NCBI RefSeq assembly: GCF_006345805.1
Contig: NC_042998.1
Location: 79,670,001 to 79,734,000 of the forward strand
Length of the DNA: 64,000 nucleotides
Direction: 5' to 3'
DNA from: Octopus sinensis
Lineage: Eukaryota
Position 1 is the first letter of the stretch. Every line of letters begins with the position of its first letter. Position numbers and translations under genes: made by a program. Under the pieces are notes generated by a model. The model saw nothing but the letters and a program-made list of their open reading frames with translations, searched no databases and was not told where the DNA came from. Of the stretch, positions 1 to 12,871 are shown piece by piece.

Positions 1-1279
1 ATTTATATACTTTTACAATCAGAGTTCAAATCTCATTGGGTTGATTTTTATCACCATGAATTGGATGGATCTTTAACACAATGCCTTTCTACTCGTAATC
101 CCTTCTTCAGTTTCAACATTCTACATTTAGTTTTCACCACTTCTTCCCATGCCTTCTTCATCCTTCCTCTTTCACAGGATCCTTCTACTTTGCACTTCTT
201 TACCAAACTACCACCATTCATGTGTATCATATATCCATAGCTGTGCAGCCTCTCCTAATGCACAATTTTTGTTTCAGCTCATTTGTGTACAATCAACTGT
301 CAACATTATCATTACATAACCAGCAGACAATGCTTCCTTCATTTCTTTCCAGCTTTCACATTAAATTCCCATGTTTCACTACCAAGCAATATTATACTTT
401 GTACATAGATATCATAAATCTGACCTTCACTCTAAGACAGAATCACTTTTCCACACATCTTTATAGAATGTAACCAAGATAACTCTATAAAAGATGGGAC
501 ACAAATGGGGGGCAAAATTAACACAGAGATAGACTCAGATTAAGGTTGATGTTTAATAAAAGTCATAAGAGTTGACTAGAAAGGTTGGTGATCAAAAAGG
601 CATACAGGTGTTGACCTCAGAAAAGATCCAATTCATCCCAGTATGGAAAAGCAGACATAAAAACACTGATTTTAATCAACTTTGAAAAGGATAACATTTT
701 AAATATTCAAATAGGTGCAACTATGGCTGTGTGATTAAGAAGCTTGCTTTGCAGTCATGTGGTTTCAGGTTCAGTCCCAATGTGTGGCATCTTGGGCAAG
801 CATCTTCTACAATAGCCTCAGGTTGAATACAACCGTCTGAGTGAATTTGGTTAACAAATTCCATGGAAGCCTTCTGTGCATGCCTGAGTCTATATGTTTG
901 TGTTGTGTGTGCGTCCCATCCCTACTGCCAAATTACCCCAGTCCAATGACTGAAACAAGTAAAAGATAAAAGGTAAAAATATTCTTTAAATATTTGAATG
1001 ATCACCATCATCATTTAACGTCCATTTTCCATGTTGGCATGTGTTGGATGGTTTCACAGGAGCTGACCAGCTGCCCAGGATCTATGTCTGTTTTGTCATG
1101 GTCTCTACAGTTAGATACCCATCCTAATGCCAACCACTGTACTGACTGATTTTTACATAGCACTGGCACAGATGTGTTTACATGGTACCAGTATGGGTGC
1201 TTTTGACATAGCACCAGCACACACAAGCCCACAAGCTTAGGAATATTCAGCTGGAGAGGGATGCAGGAGACAAGCCTGT

Positions 1280-1620
1280 ATGCAAGAACAACCATGCTTT
1301 TACTTGGTTTGGTGTATTTTCTCAAGCACAGTGAACTGCCAGGAGTCTAGGTCTTCTGTCATCCCCTCTGTGAGTCCAAATATCTGTAGATCCTTTCTCA
1401 CCACTTCATCCCATATCTTCCTGGGTCCACACCTTCCACATGTTCTCTCTACAATTAGAGATAGGCACCGCTTGATGCAACTGTCTTCATTCAAATACAT
1501 TACATTACATGTATTAGCACAGTCTTCTCTCTTGCACACTACATCTGATGCCTTGTATACCCAGTTTTCCTCTCAAATCACTTACACTCTGTCATATATG
1601 CACACTGACATTACACATCC
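1280..1620 (-). mobile_element. RTE LINE 3' fragment
   Basis: Degenerate RT C-terminus and tail (GRCGPRKIWDEVVRKDLQIFGLTEGMTED), homologous to 2500-2960 and 31870-32300. Confidence 0.75.
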
Positions 1621-2489
1621 ATGAATATTTTACAAATATTAAAAAGATAAGACAAAAATAAGAAAAATACCAAGACATCTGTATTTTCAAAATAGTTCTT
1701 CCAGTATGGACGAATCTTTCGCTGCCCACCAATGTCCCAGACATTCAAGCGGAAACCTTCAGATTGCACGGTTTTTATATTAAAGCCCTTCAGGAAAATA
1801 AGTAAAACAAAGATTTATTAGAAACCATAAGAATGAAAAACACCATCAACATTAATTATGGCAAATTTCAAATGAGAGAGACATAGCAGAACATTTACTT
1901 TTCACTCACTACTATGCAAACATATTTCAACAGAAAATATACGGCCATAAGATAGCCATATATCTCGTTTTACATATATCATCATCATCATCATTTACTG
2001 TCCGTTGTCCATGTTGGCATGGGTTGGATGATTTGAACAGGAGTAGCAAGCTGAAAAGCTGCACCAGACTCCAGTCTGATTTGGCAAGGTTTCTACAGCT
2101 AGATGCCCTTCCTAACACCAACCACTCCAAGAGTGTAATGGGTGCTTTTTACATGTCACTGGCATGGGTGCCATTTGCATGATACTGCTATCTTCCACAA
2201 TTGTGATTTTACTTGACTTGATGGGTCTTCTTTGTAAGCATGATATAATGCCAAAGGTCTCAGTCATTGCCTCCGTGAGGCCCAACACTCAAAATGAGCT
2301 TTTCACATGTCACCAGTATCAGCCACTTTGCCTCCATGAGGCCCAATGCTTGAAAGGTGCTTTTTATGCTCCAGCTATATGACACCAGCATCAGCCATGA
2401 CTATGATTTCACTTGGCTTGACGGGTCTTCTTGAGTACAGCATATTGCCAAAGGTCTCAGTCATTAGTCACTGCCTCTGTGAGGCTCAA

Positions 2490-2960
2490 ATTTCGAAGAT
2501 CATGCTTCACCACTTTGTCCCAGATCTTCCAGGGTCTACCTCTACCACATGTTCCCTCCACAGTTAGAGATTAGCACTTCTTTACACAGCTGTCCATGTC
2601 CATATGCATCACATGACCACACCAGCACAGTTGTCCCTCTTGCACACCACATCTGATGCCTCTTATGCCCAACTTTTCTCTCAAAATGCCTACACTATGT
2701 TGAACATGCACACTGACATTGTACATCCAGTGAAGCATACTGGCTTCATTTCTTTCAAGCCTATGCATGTCCTCGGCTGTCACAGCCCACGTTTCACTGC
2801 TGTGTAGCATAGCTGTTCGCACACAAATATCATACAATTTGCCTTGCACTCTGAAAGAGAGGCCCTTTGTTACCAGCAGAGGTAAGAGCTCTCTGAATTT
2901 TTCCCATCCTATTCTTCTTCACACAGCTGCACTCTTGGAACATCCACCTCTGCTACTAAC
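2490..2960 (-). mobile_element. RTE LINE 3' fragment
   Basis: GKLYDICVRTAMLHSSETWAVTAEDMHRLERNEASML... is an RTE RT C-terminal region. Confidence 0.8.
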
Positions 2961-2974
2961 ATATATATATACAT

Positions 2975-3380
2975 GACCTTCGTATGTTGAACCTCACAGA
3001 GGCTATGACGAAAGACCGAGACCTCTGGAGATATGCTGTGACTTCGAAGACCCAACAAATGAAGTGAGTTCATGGCTTGCATGACGGCCTGCTGTGCTTG
3101 AAGAGACCTATTGTGTAAAGTACATCAACATCAAAATAAAAATCGAATGGATATTGTAGTTGTGATACCCATGCCGGTGGGGCCTCACAGAGGAAATGAC
3201 GAAGACCGAGACCTCTGAGATATGCTGTGACTGCGAAGACCCAACAAATGAAATGAGTTCATGGCTCGCAGGACGGCCTGCTGTGCTAACCTTGGATTGT
3301 AGAGTGACCCGCTGTTCTTGAGGAGTGAGTCAAGTATGTCAACACCAACATCAAAATAAAAATCAAATGGAAATTGTAGT
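2975..3380 (+). repeat. Tandem ~190-bp duplication of a LINE 3' tail
   Basis: cctcacagagg...gagacctctg..gatatgctgtgact..gaagacccaacaaatgaa occurs at about 2992 and again at about 3184. Confidence 0.75.
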
Positions 3381-3555
3381 TAAGATACCTGTGCCGATGA
3401 CACGTAAAAAGTACTGTCCGAACATGGCAGATGCCAGCGCCGCCTGACTGGTGTCTATGTCGGTGACACGTAAAAGCACCAACCAATTGTAGCTGTTTGC
3501 CAGCTTCCCCTGGCCTCTGTGCCAGTGGCACATAAAAGGCACCCTCTACACTCAC

Positions 3556-3705
3556 GAGTGGTTGGTGTTAGGAAGGACATCCAGCTGTAGAAACACTGCC
3601 AGATCAGACTGGAGCCTGGTGCAGCCTCCTGGCTTCCCAGACCCCGGTCGAACCGTCCAACCCATGCAGGCATGGAAAACGAACGTCAAATGATGATGAT
3701 GATAT
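3556..3705 (+). mobile_element. RTE-tail short retroposon ending in (GAT)n (also ~1010-1140, 1985-2135, 31585-31720, 34288-34442, 35312-35470, 35830-35985, 56120-56270)
   Basis: gagtggttggtgttaggaagg.catccagctgtagaaac...ccaacccatgc.agcatggaaa.cg.acgttaaa(tga)n recurs many times in the window. Confidence 0.85.
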
Positions 3706-5691
3706 ATATATATATATATATAAATTAAAAAACACAATAATTGCACAAACAAATGGAAAACAGACACAGAATGTCACCAACTCCTCATCAGTTATCAGCC
3801 AGAGGGTCAAACATAATTTTGCATCTTACAGTAATATTTCATTCCTTTCTAGTGGCACCCGAAACAAGAAGCTGTCTGGAAATGGGATCAAACATAACTG
3901 AACGAGAGGATTCCATATGATAGTTGAGAGTGTCAATGTCATTCAAACATATTTACCTTGCTTGGAAACAAGTGAAGATTGAGAACAAGAAGGGCATCAA
4001 GCCATAGAAATTCTATCTCTGTCCACTTCATGCAAGCAAGGAAAACTGGATGTAGGATTCTAAGTAGTGTTTCAAGAATAAACTATAAATGCATGAGATG
4101 TGTAGTGGGTTCACAAGCAGGCTGACAAACACAACAGCTTTTGCTTACAGTGGTTGTACTGTAGAAATTGCTAAAAGCACATCCAAAGCAGACTCTCTCA
4201 CCTGTGCCTAGACAAGTCTCTAGAAGAAGTGGATATCTTAAGTTATTTAGTTCTCTGAACACTTGCCCCCACTTGCAGTGGGGGCAAGTGTTCAGAGAAG
4301 ATTGTGGCCAGAATAAGAACTGATTGGAAACTTCAAGGCATTAATATTTATGCAGGCAACAAAGGGTTTTTCACTGATAATGAGGGATAGATTTATAATG
4401 ATAATGTATGAAACGTGGTATTGTAGAGCAGTGAGACATTGTCTTGAACAGAGAGGATTTGTGAAGACTAGAAAAGAAAAATGAAGCAGATGTGTAATAC
4501 TAATGTATATAAATGAGACTGTACAAATGAACTGAGAGAAAAGTAAACATAAGAGGAATCAGATGTAGTGTGCAAGAGAGAAAATTGCATTGGTATGAAC
4601 ATGTGATACAAATGGACACAGACAATTGTACAAAGAGGTGGTGCACACTCAAAGTAAATGGAACCTGTGGAAGGGGAAGATCTAGGAAGATTTCTGAAAA
4701 AGTGATAAAGTTGTTACATCTTATGAGGGGATGACAAAAGACTGCACTGAGTGGAAATAGGCTGTGGCAGAAGCCCTACCTCCCCACCCAAGCATGGCAA
4801 AATGGACATTAAAATAGTGTATATATGTGTGTGTATCTCTGTCTCTCTCTATATATATAGGTGATGAGAGAAACTATGACAGAGAGACAGAAATAGATGT
4901 CTTGCTCTAGAGGAGACACATAGAGAGAGAGAGAGAATGGCGGTGAAGATGTGCCAGGATATACTCTCAAGGTGCAAGGAGAAGAATGTAAGTGGAGTAG
5001 TACAATAGGACAGAAGAGGGTGAGTGAAGGGGAGGAAAAGGGGAATGCAGTGAGTAGTGAGCACAGGTTTATAGGGTAGGACAGCAATGATACAGTTGGC
5101 AGTGGTGGAGGATAGAAGAGAACAATGACAAAGCAGCATTGGGCTGCAGGAGTAGCGGTGGGAGAGACAAGCAAATTGTACGATGAGATTAGTGTGGTTC
5201 ATTGATGGGGTGCATTAATGTAATGTGTATGTGGAGGACACATAATACACAGTGCTTCCAAAACTCAGTTTTTGCTGAGGTGGGTGGGTCTTCTCAAGAA
5301 CATCATATTCTGTCAGCTTTCCTCTATCAAATCTGTTCACAAGGTTTTAGTTGGCCTGGAACTATAGTGGAAGATACATGCCCAAGGTGCCATGCAGAAC
5401 CATGTGGTTATGGAGCAAACTTCTTACTACACAATCATGCCTGTACCTATAGATTGATACAATTAACTGGTCTTGTCACCAGATTTTAACTTATATTTAA
5501 CCAAATTTAATCATTAACAGAGTTCATATTTGCTACTAATTACTGCACTGATGAGAGAGAAAACAGAAGCATTAAAAAATATGCAATAATTAAACTGGCA
5601 GAATGGTCACAACAAGTATGCAATCAATGTGAAACTTCTGATTATAAAAACAGTAGGTTAAGTAACAGTAACAGAATATTTAAACAATTAC

Positions 5692-5835
5692 CTGAGTTGG
5701 TGTTATGTGGCTAATATCTTCTGAAGCAAGTTTTTTCAAAAGTGTAGTTTTACCAGCATTGTCAAGTCCTAATAACAATAATCGTACATCCTTGTCAGGC
5801 TGAGATTTCAGTTTACGAAGTAATGCTAATAAACC
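5692..5835 (-). CDS. ARL3: ADP-ribosylation factor-like protein 3, coding exon 2 (codons 2-49)
   Basis: Minus strand tttgccag|GGT...CAG|gtaatt, 144 nt, phase 0/0. Translates [48 protein letters not shown], with P-loop GLDNAGKT, near-identical to the human ARL3 N-terminus. Later exons were not found in 1-5690 and lie off the left edge. Confidence 0.96.
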
Positions 5836-8562
5836 CTGGCAAATACAATATCAAAATAATAATTGATTTAAAATGAGATAAATATTTGCATTGCAAGTAC
5901 ATGAGGAGATGTCAATGAATGAAAACAAAGAGAAAAGGTATTGAATTACCTTACATAATTTGTTTAATGACCCTATGATATTTTGGGAAAATAAAAGAAA
6001 GAAAATAATTGAAGAGATCAGAGAAATGTGTTGTCATTGGCAGGTGATTCTTGACTGTAGTGTGTAATGGTAAATTTTCATTGTTATTTGAACACAGTAG
6101 ATTAACATAATGAAAAGAGAACTGAATTAGTAAAATAAGCTAATGGAATGGTTATACTTTATAACCTATAGTAGTTGTATTACATAAGACCTGCCAGCTT
6201 CAAAAGACCTATGGCATGGTGGCAGGTAATCCAATAAGTAACTCATTGCACTTGCACTCTGGATATGTTGATATAAGATGTTCAGCAAGTTGGCTCTGAT
6301 TGAATTTATTTCAATGCTTGATCAAATTATTGGCTGTGGTTTTCCAAATTTTTGAGGACATATTAACCTATGATTTAGGACTTAAAAATACATCACTATT
6401 TTGAAATTGTCGGAAGTGTATTTGAAGACGAGTTTGCTACTCCCTAGAGCAAGTCAAACCACAACTCAAAACTGGGAAAATTGAATGTGATTAGTTTCAG
6501 TTATTTCCAGAACTTTCTATCCATAATTATTAGCACAAGTTATTGTGATTGAGTATTCTCAGCCAGTCTTCTTCTAATAGATCTTGTAGCATGACAACAG
6601 TTGATCAGGAAGAAATCCACAAGTCCATTTCATTGAGTACACCATACCTCAGCCTCGTCTAAGTCTAGGCTGCACAATTTGTTATATGCAAACATAGTGT
6701 CTGCGTATGTTTCATCCATTTGGTTAATTTAATTTGTTTGGATTTTAGGTGGTGTTTGTGGCAAAGTTTGGAAAGCTAAATCAGACTGTATTTGAAGAGA
6801 TCTCATAGAGAACTCTGCCAATGGACTAACCAAAATTCTTTGCTGTTTTGGAAGGTGTTTCGATGTTTAATTATATCAGAATACAAATAATACATCAAAT
6901 TCACACAGTTTAAATGAGTTATGCTTCATTCTCATTAGTTTCAATCAAAAAGTATATCAATACAATAAAACAAAAATACAAGCCAACAAATGGGCTTCTT
7001 TGTAGTAGCTCAACTTACAAGGAACAGCAGCCAAACCTTCCTCAAATCACACCTTACCATGTTAAAATTAATACTTCATGTAAAATTACCATTGAACATT
7101 ATTCCACTAACCCAATCTTCACAACACAATAGACATGCTGACATTCTCAAACAGGTATAGTTTATCCAGGTTTGAGATGGGGGCTAATCATGAAATTATA
7201 CAGAAAGCATTCAAGAATAATATAACAACACATACTTTTTTTTCATGCATGCATGCATACATACATACATACATACACGCACACACACACACACACACCA
7301 CACACACACACACATACATAAGCCAACTTGTATATGTGATTGGGTGCATACTCACGCACAATTTCAAGGCTATATTGTGGACGTTTAAACATCAGATCAA
7401 CAACCCCTGATTAAATAAACCAATAACTAAAAACATTCCAGCCGTAACTTTTCTGTCCGTCTTTTGTATTTAAACATGTGTATCTAGTACTGCATTATCG
7501 AATGTGTCCGACTATTTTCAAGTATATGGGGTATGGTTTGGCTGCTATTTTTAGCACACGGAGAGACCACGTAGAGAATTTCCTCGATTGGTTGTCAAAG
7601 TTATATTTTGTGTATCCAACAAATTTAATCTGCTGTAGAGTGTAAAATGCATGTTACTATTTCGATGGATGATGTTAATGAAGGTGATGGTTATGGTGTG
7701 TGTGTATGTGAAAATATTCTAAATATTTCCACAGGTAACACGTTGTCCGCCAGCTAGACCCTCGAAAGGGGAATATTGATGGTCGAGAGAGTAAAACCTC
7801 ACATAATATGCTTTGATTATACCTGATTACGTGCTTCCGTGCTCATAGTTCAATTTTGGCTGCGATTAATTTCACTTTTCCTTCTATTATATGCAATAAA
7901 TAATTATCAACAGTTTAGTCAATAAATCTGATTCATCACCGATAAAATCTGGCCTTGCTCCTAGTTCAGGAAAAATTTCATTACAAAACTGCGATAGAGC
8001 AGGATAAAATCTACAAAGTATTATTGTTTATACTTTGGGTAATTGTTTAGTTTACGTTCGTACAGAAAGGTGAAGGAACATAACTAAATACACTGAAGTA
8101 TATATATTATCTAATACTTTACTCATCCTTGTCACCCTTCATCATCTTATTCTGTTATATACAACTGATTTCTAGCTTCGCTTGAAGAAAATGACTATTT
8201 ACTCGACTTTTAAAACTATCTATCTGTATCTCTCACACATAAATCTATATTTCTGACTGGTTATCTAGCTATCATTTCTTACTGCTTTCTTCTTTCCCTT
8301 CATAAAACAGACTTGCAGCTAAAACTACGCCTCAAAAAAGATATAAAATAAACTGGAACTGAGAAAAAACAACTAAAACTAAAATCAAAGTTATCAATAT
8401 TGTCAACAATACGTTTAGATTTTACGAACGTAAACTGAACAATTACCATACTTTGTTATATTATATTATAATTATACTATAATTATAATCTACTGAAATA
8501 CTGGAATTATTTCAGAAAAGACGCGATATATGAATTAAGATATTCATTTCATTCAAACGGTC

Positions 8563-8798
8563 GCCATCATCAGTGAGATGGCAACGGCATTCTTATAGTG
8601 ATGTTTTTAAATTGCTTTAGTAAAAACAGTTCTCTGTAGAAAGCAACAGTAACATTCGTTGATATATGAAATATATCAGAAATAATAAAAGCTAAGAAGA
8701 GTCAAGTTAGAAGAAGTGCTAAATCATAGATAAATATACACAAAAGACGCGTCACTCACCATTGTGTATTCGCCAGCGATGGTTACTATGTGACGTCA
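8563..8798. promoter_or_regulatory. Candidate ARL3 (and possibly shared ARL3/SFXN2) promoter region
   Basis: Perfect CRE palindrome TGACGTCA at 8791-8798. X-box-like GTTACTATGTGAC at 8782-8794 and GTGAGATGGCAAC at 8573-8585 (RFX half-sites). Inverted YY1-core pair GCCATC (8563-8568) / GATGGC (8577-8582). CpG is locally elevated. Confidence 0.45.
8760..8762 (-). CDS. ARL3: Probable ARL3 exon 1 coding part (initiator ATG only), followed by a consensus donor
   Basis: Minus strand gcgaatacacaATG|GTGAGT in a CpG-enriched, promoter-like region. Exon 2 starts at Gly2 in phase 0, so an ATG-ending exon is required, as in human ARL3. A rival candidate lies at 8447-8449. Confidence 0.6.
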
Positions 8799-9129
8799 CA
8801 GAAATCATTCTATGACAGACGCTTCCTCCACTGTACGAAAGTATCTCAAACGAATTTATTTCGATCTGAACGGAAAAGATATTAATATACTAACATTTTA
8901 GAGTTAACACATTTAATATAGCGAAAATTAAATATCTAATTAGAAATATTTATGCAGTGAGGTTTAGACAACATCAGCTCAATGACTGATATTTTAATCA
9001 TTGAGGCAAAAATAGAAAGTATATAGATCTTCTCTAAGCTATGGGCACATCACATTAACCCTTTTAATTCCACAATCTGGTCCATGGGTCTCTTTTGCGC
9101 AATTCGTTCTATTGTAAGTATTCGGAATA

Positions 9130-9960
9130 GGCTCTCGACAGGGGCTTACCTCACGACACACTGGTATTTTCTATACTTTCCACGAACCAAAATCTAAAAC
9201 TAAATCTACAAGATAATTCTCTTTCTTCTTTTCTAACATACATGAACTTAAATTCAACAACTCTACACATCTCTTTCTAATACACAAACCAAACATTCTA
9301 TTCCCCTCTGAGACAAATTATTCAATTACTATCTATTGTCAATCTCTCCTAAATAAAGAGTGTATTCTTTACTCAAACTCCCTGACGCCTGCACATACGT
9401 ACCTACCGTTTTCCCTTACGCTGGTTCAAATCTTCTTCCCTTGTTCTCCAAACACATTTGCTTCATCTACCGCTCTTTGAGTTCCTTGAACCATTATTAA
9501 CTTTTCAACCATTATCATTTCCAGTATCAAGCAAATCTACCTTATTTCACTCATCCCTGGATCATTTTTCTTGGTCACTTCAAAGCTCACCATTCTTTTT
9601 GGCTCTTAAACTCATGCCATACAGATGTCGCCGGTGCAGAATTCAAATGTTTTATAATCTTCAGCTCTTTACATCAGCTAGTTTCATCCCGACACGCTCC
9701 CATCACCGATACATGAATACGAAAAATCCCTTCGATCTTTTTCCCACCTCCTAGCCCAGTCTCAACTGAATCATAGCTGTTTCTTCTGTACCTATCATCC
9801 GGCCCTTGCCTTATCATGACTACACACCTTACACCTACATACTACATTACGCTCTTACCATCTGGGTCTTGTGGTATTCGAAGTCAGCTGACTGGTCGAT
9901 CTGCCAATCTTATGCTAATTATCCCTGTCAGTACCCTCAGATAGAGCAAAAACATCCTCT
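9130..9960 (-). mobile_element. Highly degenerate non-LTR retrotransposon 3' region
   Basis: Minus-strand remnant ETAMIQLRLG resembles LINE ORF2 C-terminal RLRxGH blocks. Many stops. Confidence 0.45.
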
Positions 9961-10804
9961 TCGAGAAGTCTCTCGGTTACTGGGATTCCATGGTGTTTAA
10001 GTGACCGGTATCATAATATTTCCCCTAAATGGGGCGCCAGTTCGTCGTAGGGTTACTCATTTACAGCTGAATGGGCTGGAATATGAGATAAATGTGTTTT
10101 GCTCAAGAGCTCAACGCATCCGTCTGGGAATCGATATCGTGAATACAACACCCTAACAACTATACCTCGTGCTTTCACTTTGGTCATGCATCATCAGCCT
10201 TGAATAAACCCCTTCCATTATTTCGAAGCCCGCCTTCATACTCATTGGGGGTACAAAAACAAAAACAACAAAGGAGAAAATGCATTGTGAATGATGCTCT
10301 GTCTATAGTACGATAATGACAGGGCATTCTCTTGGGTTTTGATTACAAAATGAAAGTGGAAATATTAACGTATCTAGGTGGACATGCCCCCCTACCATAT
10401 TTATTTATTTGTTTGTTTATTTATTTATTCTTTTCAAAATTTCTTTGGAATACCGTCTCGACAACGGAGTTTACGATTTTACCCACGAGAAACAGCTTTC
10501 CAAATTTCTAAGTACTCCACACCACCACCACTCCTAGTTTTTTTTTTTTTTGGATCTTTTTTTTTTAACTTTTTCCTTTCTAGAATCCTACGTTTTTAAA
10601 ATAAAGTCTGTGTTGCATTGTCTATTTGTAGAAAGACGCAGAACACGTACACACGCGTCACACACGCACGCACACCCACACACACACAATTAATCTTTTT
10701 TAAGTGCGTGGCGTTGTAGGCTTGCACTTAAAATTCCCGCGTTTTAAATCAAACCTTTTTAGTTGCTATGGTGACAACAACACTATCTATCAATCTAGCA
10801 CTCA

Positions 10805-10806
10805 AC

Positions 10807-10883
<77 letters not shown>

Positions 10884-10915
10884 CAAGTATCTATCTATCT
10901 ATATATCTATCTATC
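10805..10915 (+). repeat. (TATC)n microsatellite; representative of many (TA)n, (CA)n, (TATG)n, (AAT)n and (CAT)n tracts
   Basis: Directly visible. Other large tracts are at about 22450-23055, 23490-23630, 30585-30645, 31725-31812, 38870-39005, 43000-43050 and 50170-50460. Confidence 0.95.
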
Positions 10916-12051
10916 TACTTTCCCTTCCTCTAATAGATGCTGTGACGGACAAGCAGATGGAGATCCGCTTCTCTCTCATAAGATTGTAGTTAGTTTTTCA
11001 GTTGGATCTTTTCTAAAATCTTTTAGAAAAGATCCTTTCAGTTTCACACACACACACACACATAAATATGAAATTAAGTATTTAGACTCTTTTAAGTAAA
11101 AGATAACATATCTTACAAATTTCATCGATCTGAGAAATGTAGACTGACATGCGCACACGTACACGCTTTCACAAGTGTCAGTGTCATGCAAGATGTGTTT
11201 TTCGTTTCCACTTTGCCATGTAAACATGCATGGATATAGTGAAATATTACTTGAAAATAGGTGAGGGTTGGCAACAGGAAGGGCATCCAGACATGCAAAA
11301 TATCTCTGATCCATAAAAGCATGGAAAAGTGGATACTTCATATAGTCCATATGTGTATGTGTACACACATACACGCACATTATATGTCCTATTTTCAACA
11401 GAGGCGTTACAGTCGTATCTGATTCTTCAAGTGCTTCAATTCTTTGTATACACATATATTGAGTCGACTGCTGACATTTATCAATGGTTTCTCTCATTGT
11501 GTTGGTAATGCCATTTTCTATCATATATAAAACTGTCGGCACTTTGGTTTTTTCCTTTGCTCACCATGGAAGAGTCGATGGTATTGAGTGAAAGGTAATG
11601 TTGTTGGCAGGCGAGGTTGATTTTGTCAAACATTTCTCTCTTGTCGTTTTATTTCTTCCTTCTCTCTTCTGGTGACTTCGAAATTTTTGGTTCCGATGGT
11701 GATGGAACATCGCAAGTGGTACGGTCTCGGGCCTGTATTTCAAAAGATTTAGGCTCAAATCCAATGGCTTTCAGTGTTGAGTTGGTCTCTGTATCTTCGA
11801 AGAGGGCATCCTCGAGGTCCTTTTCCTGAAGTGTATTCGCTGAATGGGAGTTGGCAGGGGAACTTCGATTTTTCTTTTCTTGCTTCAATCCTGACCATCG
11901 AAGACGGTGTTTCATGATCAGTGATTCGATTTTTTAATGCCTATTACTTTTATTTTATGATTATAAACCGAATGAAAAAAAAAGGCATTGGAGGTGCGAT
12001 ACATACCCCTCTCTCTCACACACATACACACACACACAGACATAGAGTCAC

Positions 12052-12082
<31 letters not shown>

Positions 12083-12779
12083 TGTATGTACGTACGTACG
12101 TACGTACGCACACGTATCTACGCGCATAGGCACACCATGATCTATATACACGCAGACGAGGGTCAGTTCATAAAAAAAAGTGAACCAAATAATATGACCG
12201 CTTTCTCATTGGGAAATATGTAAGTTCAACTTTTTTTTAAGTATCACCATTATAGGTGTTTATACTCCGGTGAAATTAAAAAATCAAGTCGTAAATAAAC
12301 GAAACCCTCGAATCCATCACTGTACACATACATACACGCGCATACATACACATGTATGTATGGGTGTATGTATGTACGCGCACGTGTCTACGCACATAGG
12401 TACACCATGCGAGGGTCGATTCATATGAAAAAAAAAGTGAACAAAATAATATGACCACTTGCTTATCGGCAAATTTGAAATTCGATTTTTTAAATTTTTT
12501 TTTAAGATAATCAAACCAAATGTTCATCATCTCGAGCCACTCATCCAATGAATATTTCTGCCAAATTTGGTGAAAATCCATTCAGCCGTTTCTCAGTAAT
12601 TTTGAAAACTCACAGACAAAGACGGGTGATTACAATACCCTGCTTTCGCTTACGTGTGCAGCGTAATAAACGGCTGAAATATTAAATGTTTTCCATATAG
12701 AAGCTGAAGTGCGCCGTTTTAGATGGTGGTTCTTTTTTTTTCTTTTTTTTTCTTGCAACAGGCCGGTTTTACATACTTA

Positions 12780-12871
12780 GTTTACGGCCATATCACATTG
12801 AAAACAACGGTTCTTGTCCGATCCTTGAAGTAAGCAACGTTAAGCCTAGTTAGTACTTAGGTGGGTGACCG
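12780..12871 (+). pseudogene. 5S rRNA-derived sequence (3'-truncated pseudogene or SINE3 head)
   Basis: gtttacggccatatcacattgaaaacaacggttcttgtccgatcc...ttagtacttaggtgggtgaccg matches 5S rRNA nt 1 to about 90 with several substitutions, then diverges. There is no 3' stem or T-run terminator. Confidence 0.85.

Noticed and set aside
1-5690. Search for ARL3 exon 3 (GFNIKSV...WDIGGQ)
   Set aside because: Not found on the minus strand; the region is LINE/SINE debris, so the exon lies outside the window.
7056-7092. Two further ATG|GT strings on the minus strand as ARL3 first exons
   Set aside because: They lie in AT-rich sequence without promoter features and show how often this pattern arises by chance.
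12780-12871. Functional 5S rRNA gene
   Set aside because: It lacks the last ~30 nt and terminator, has multiple substitutions, and is not in a tandem array.
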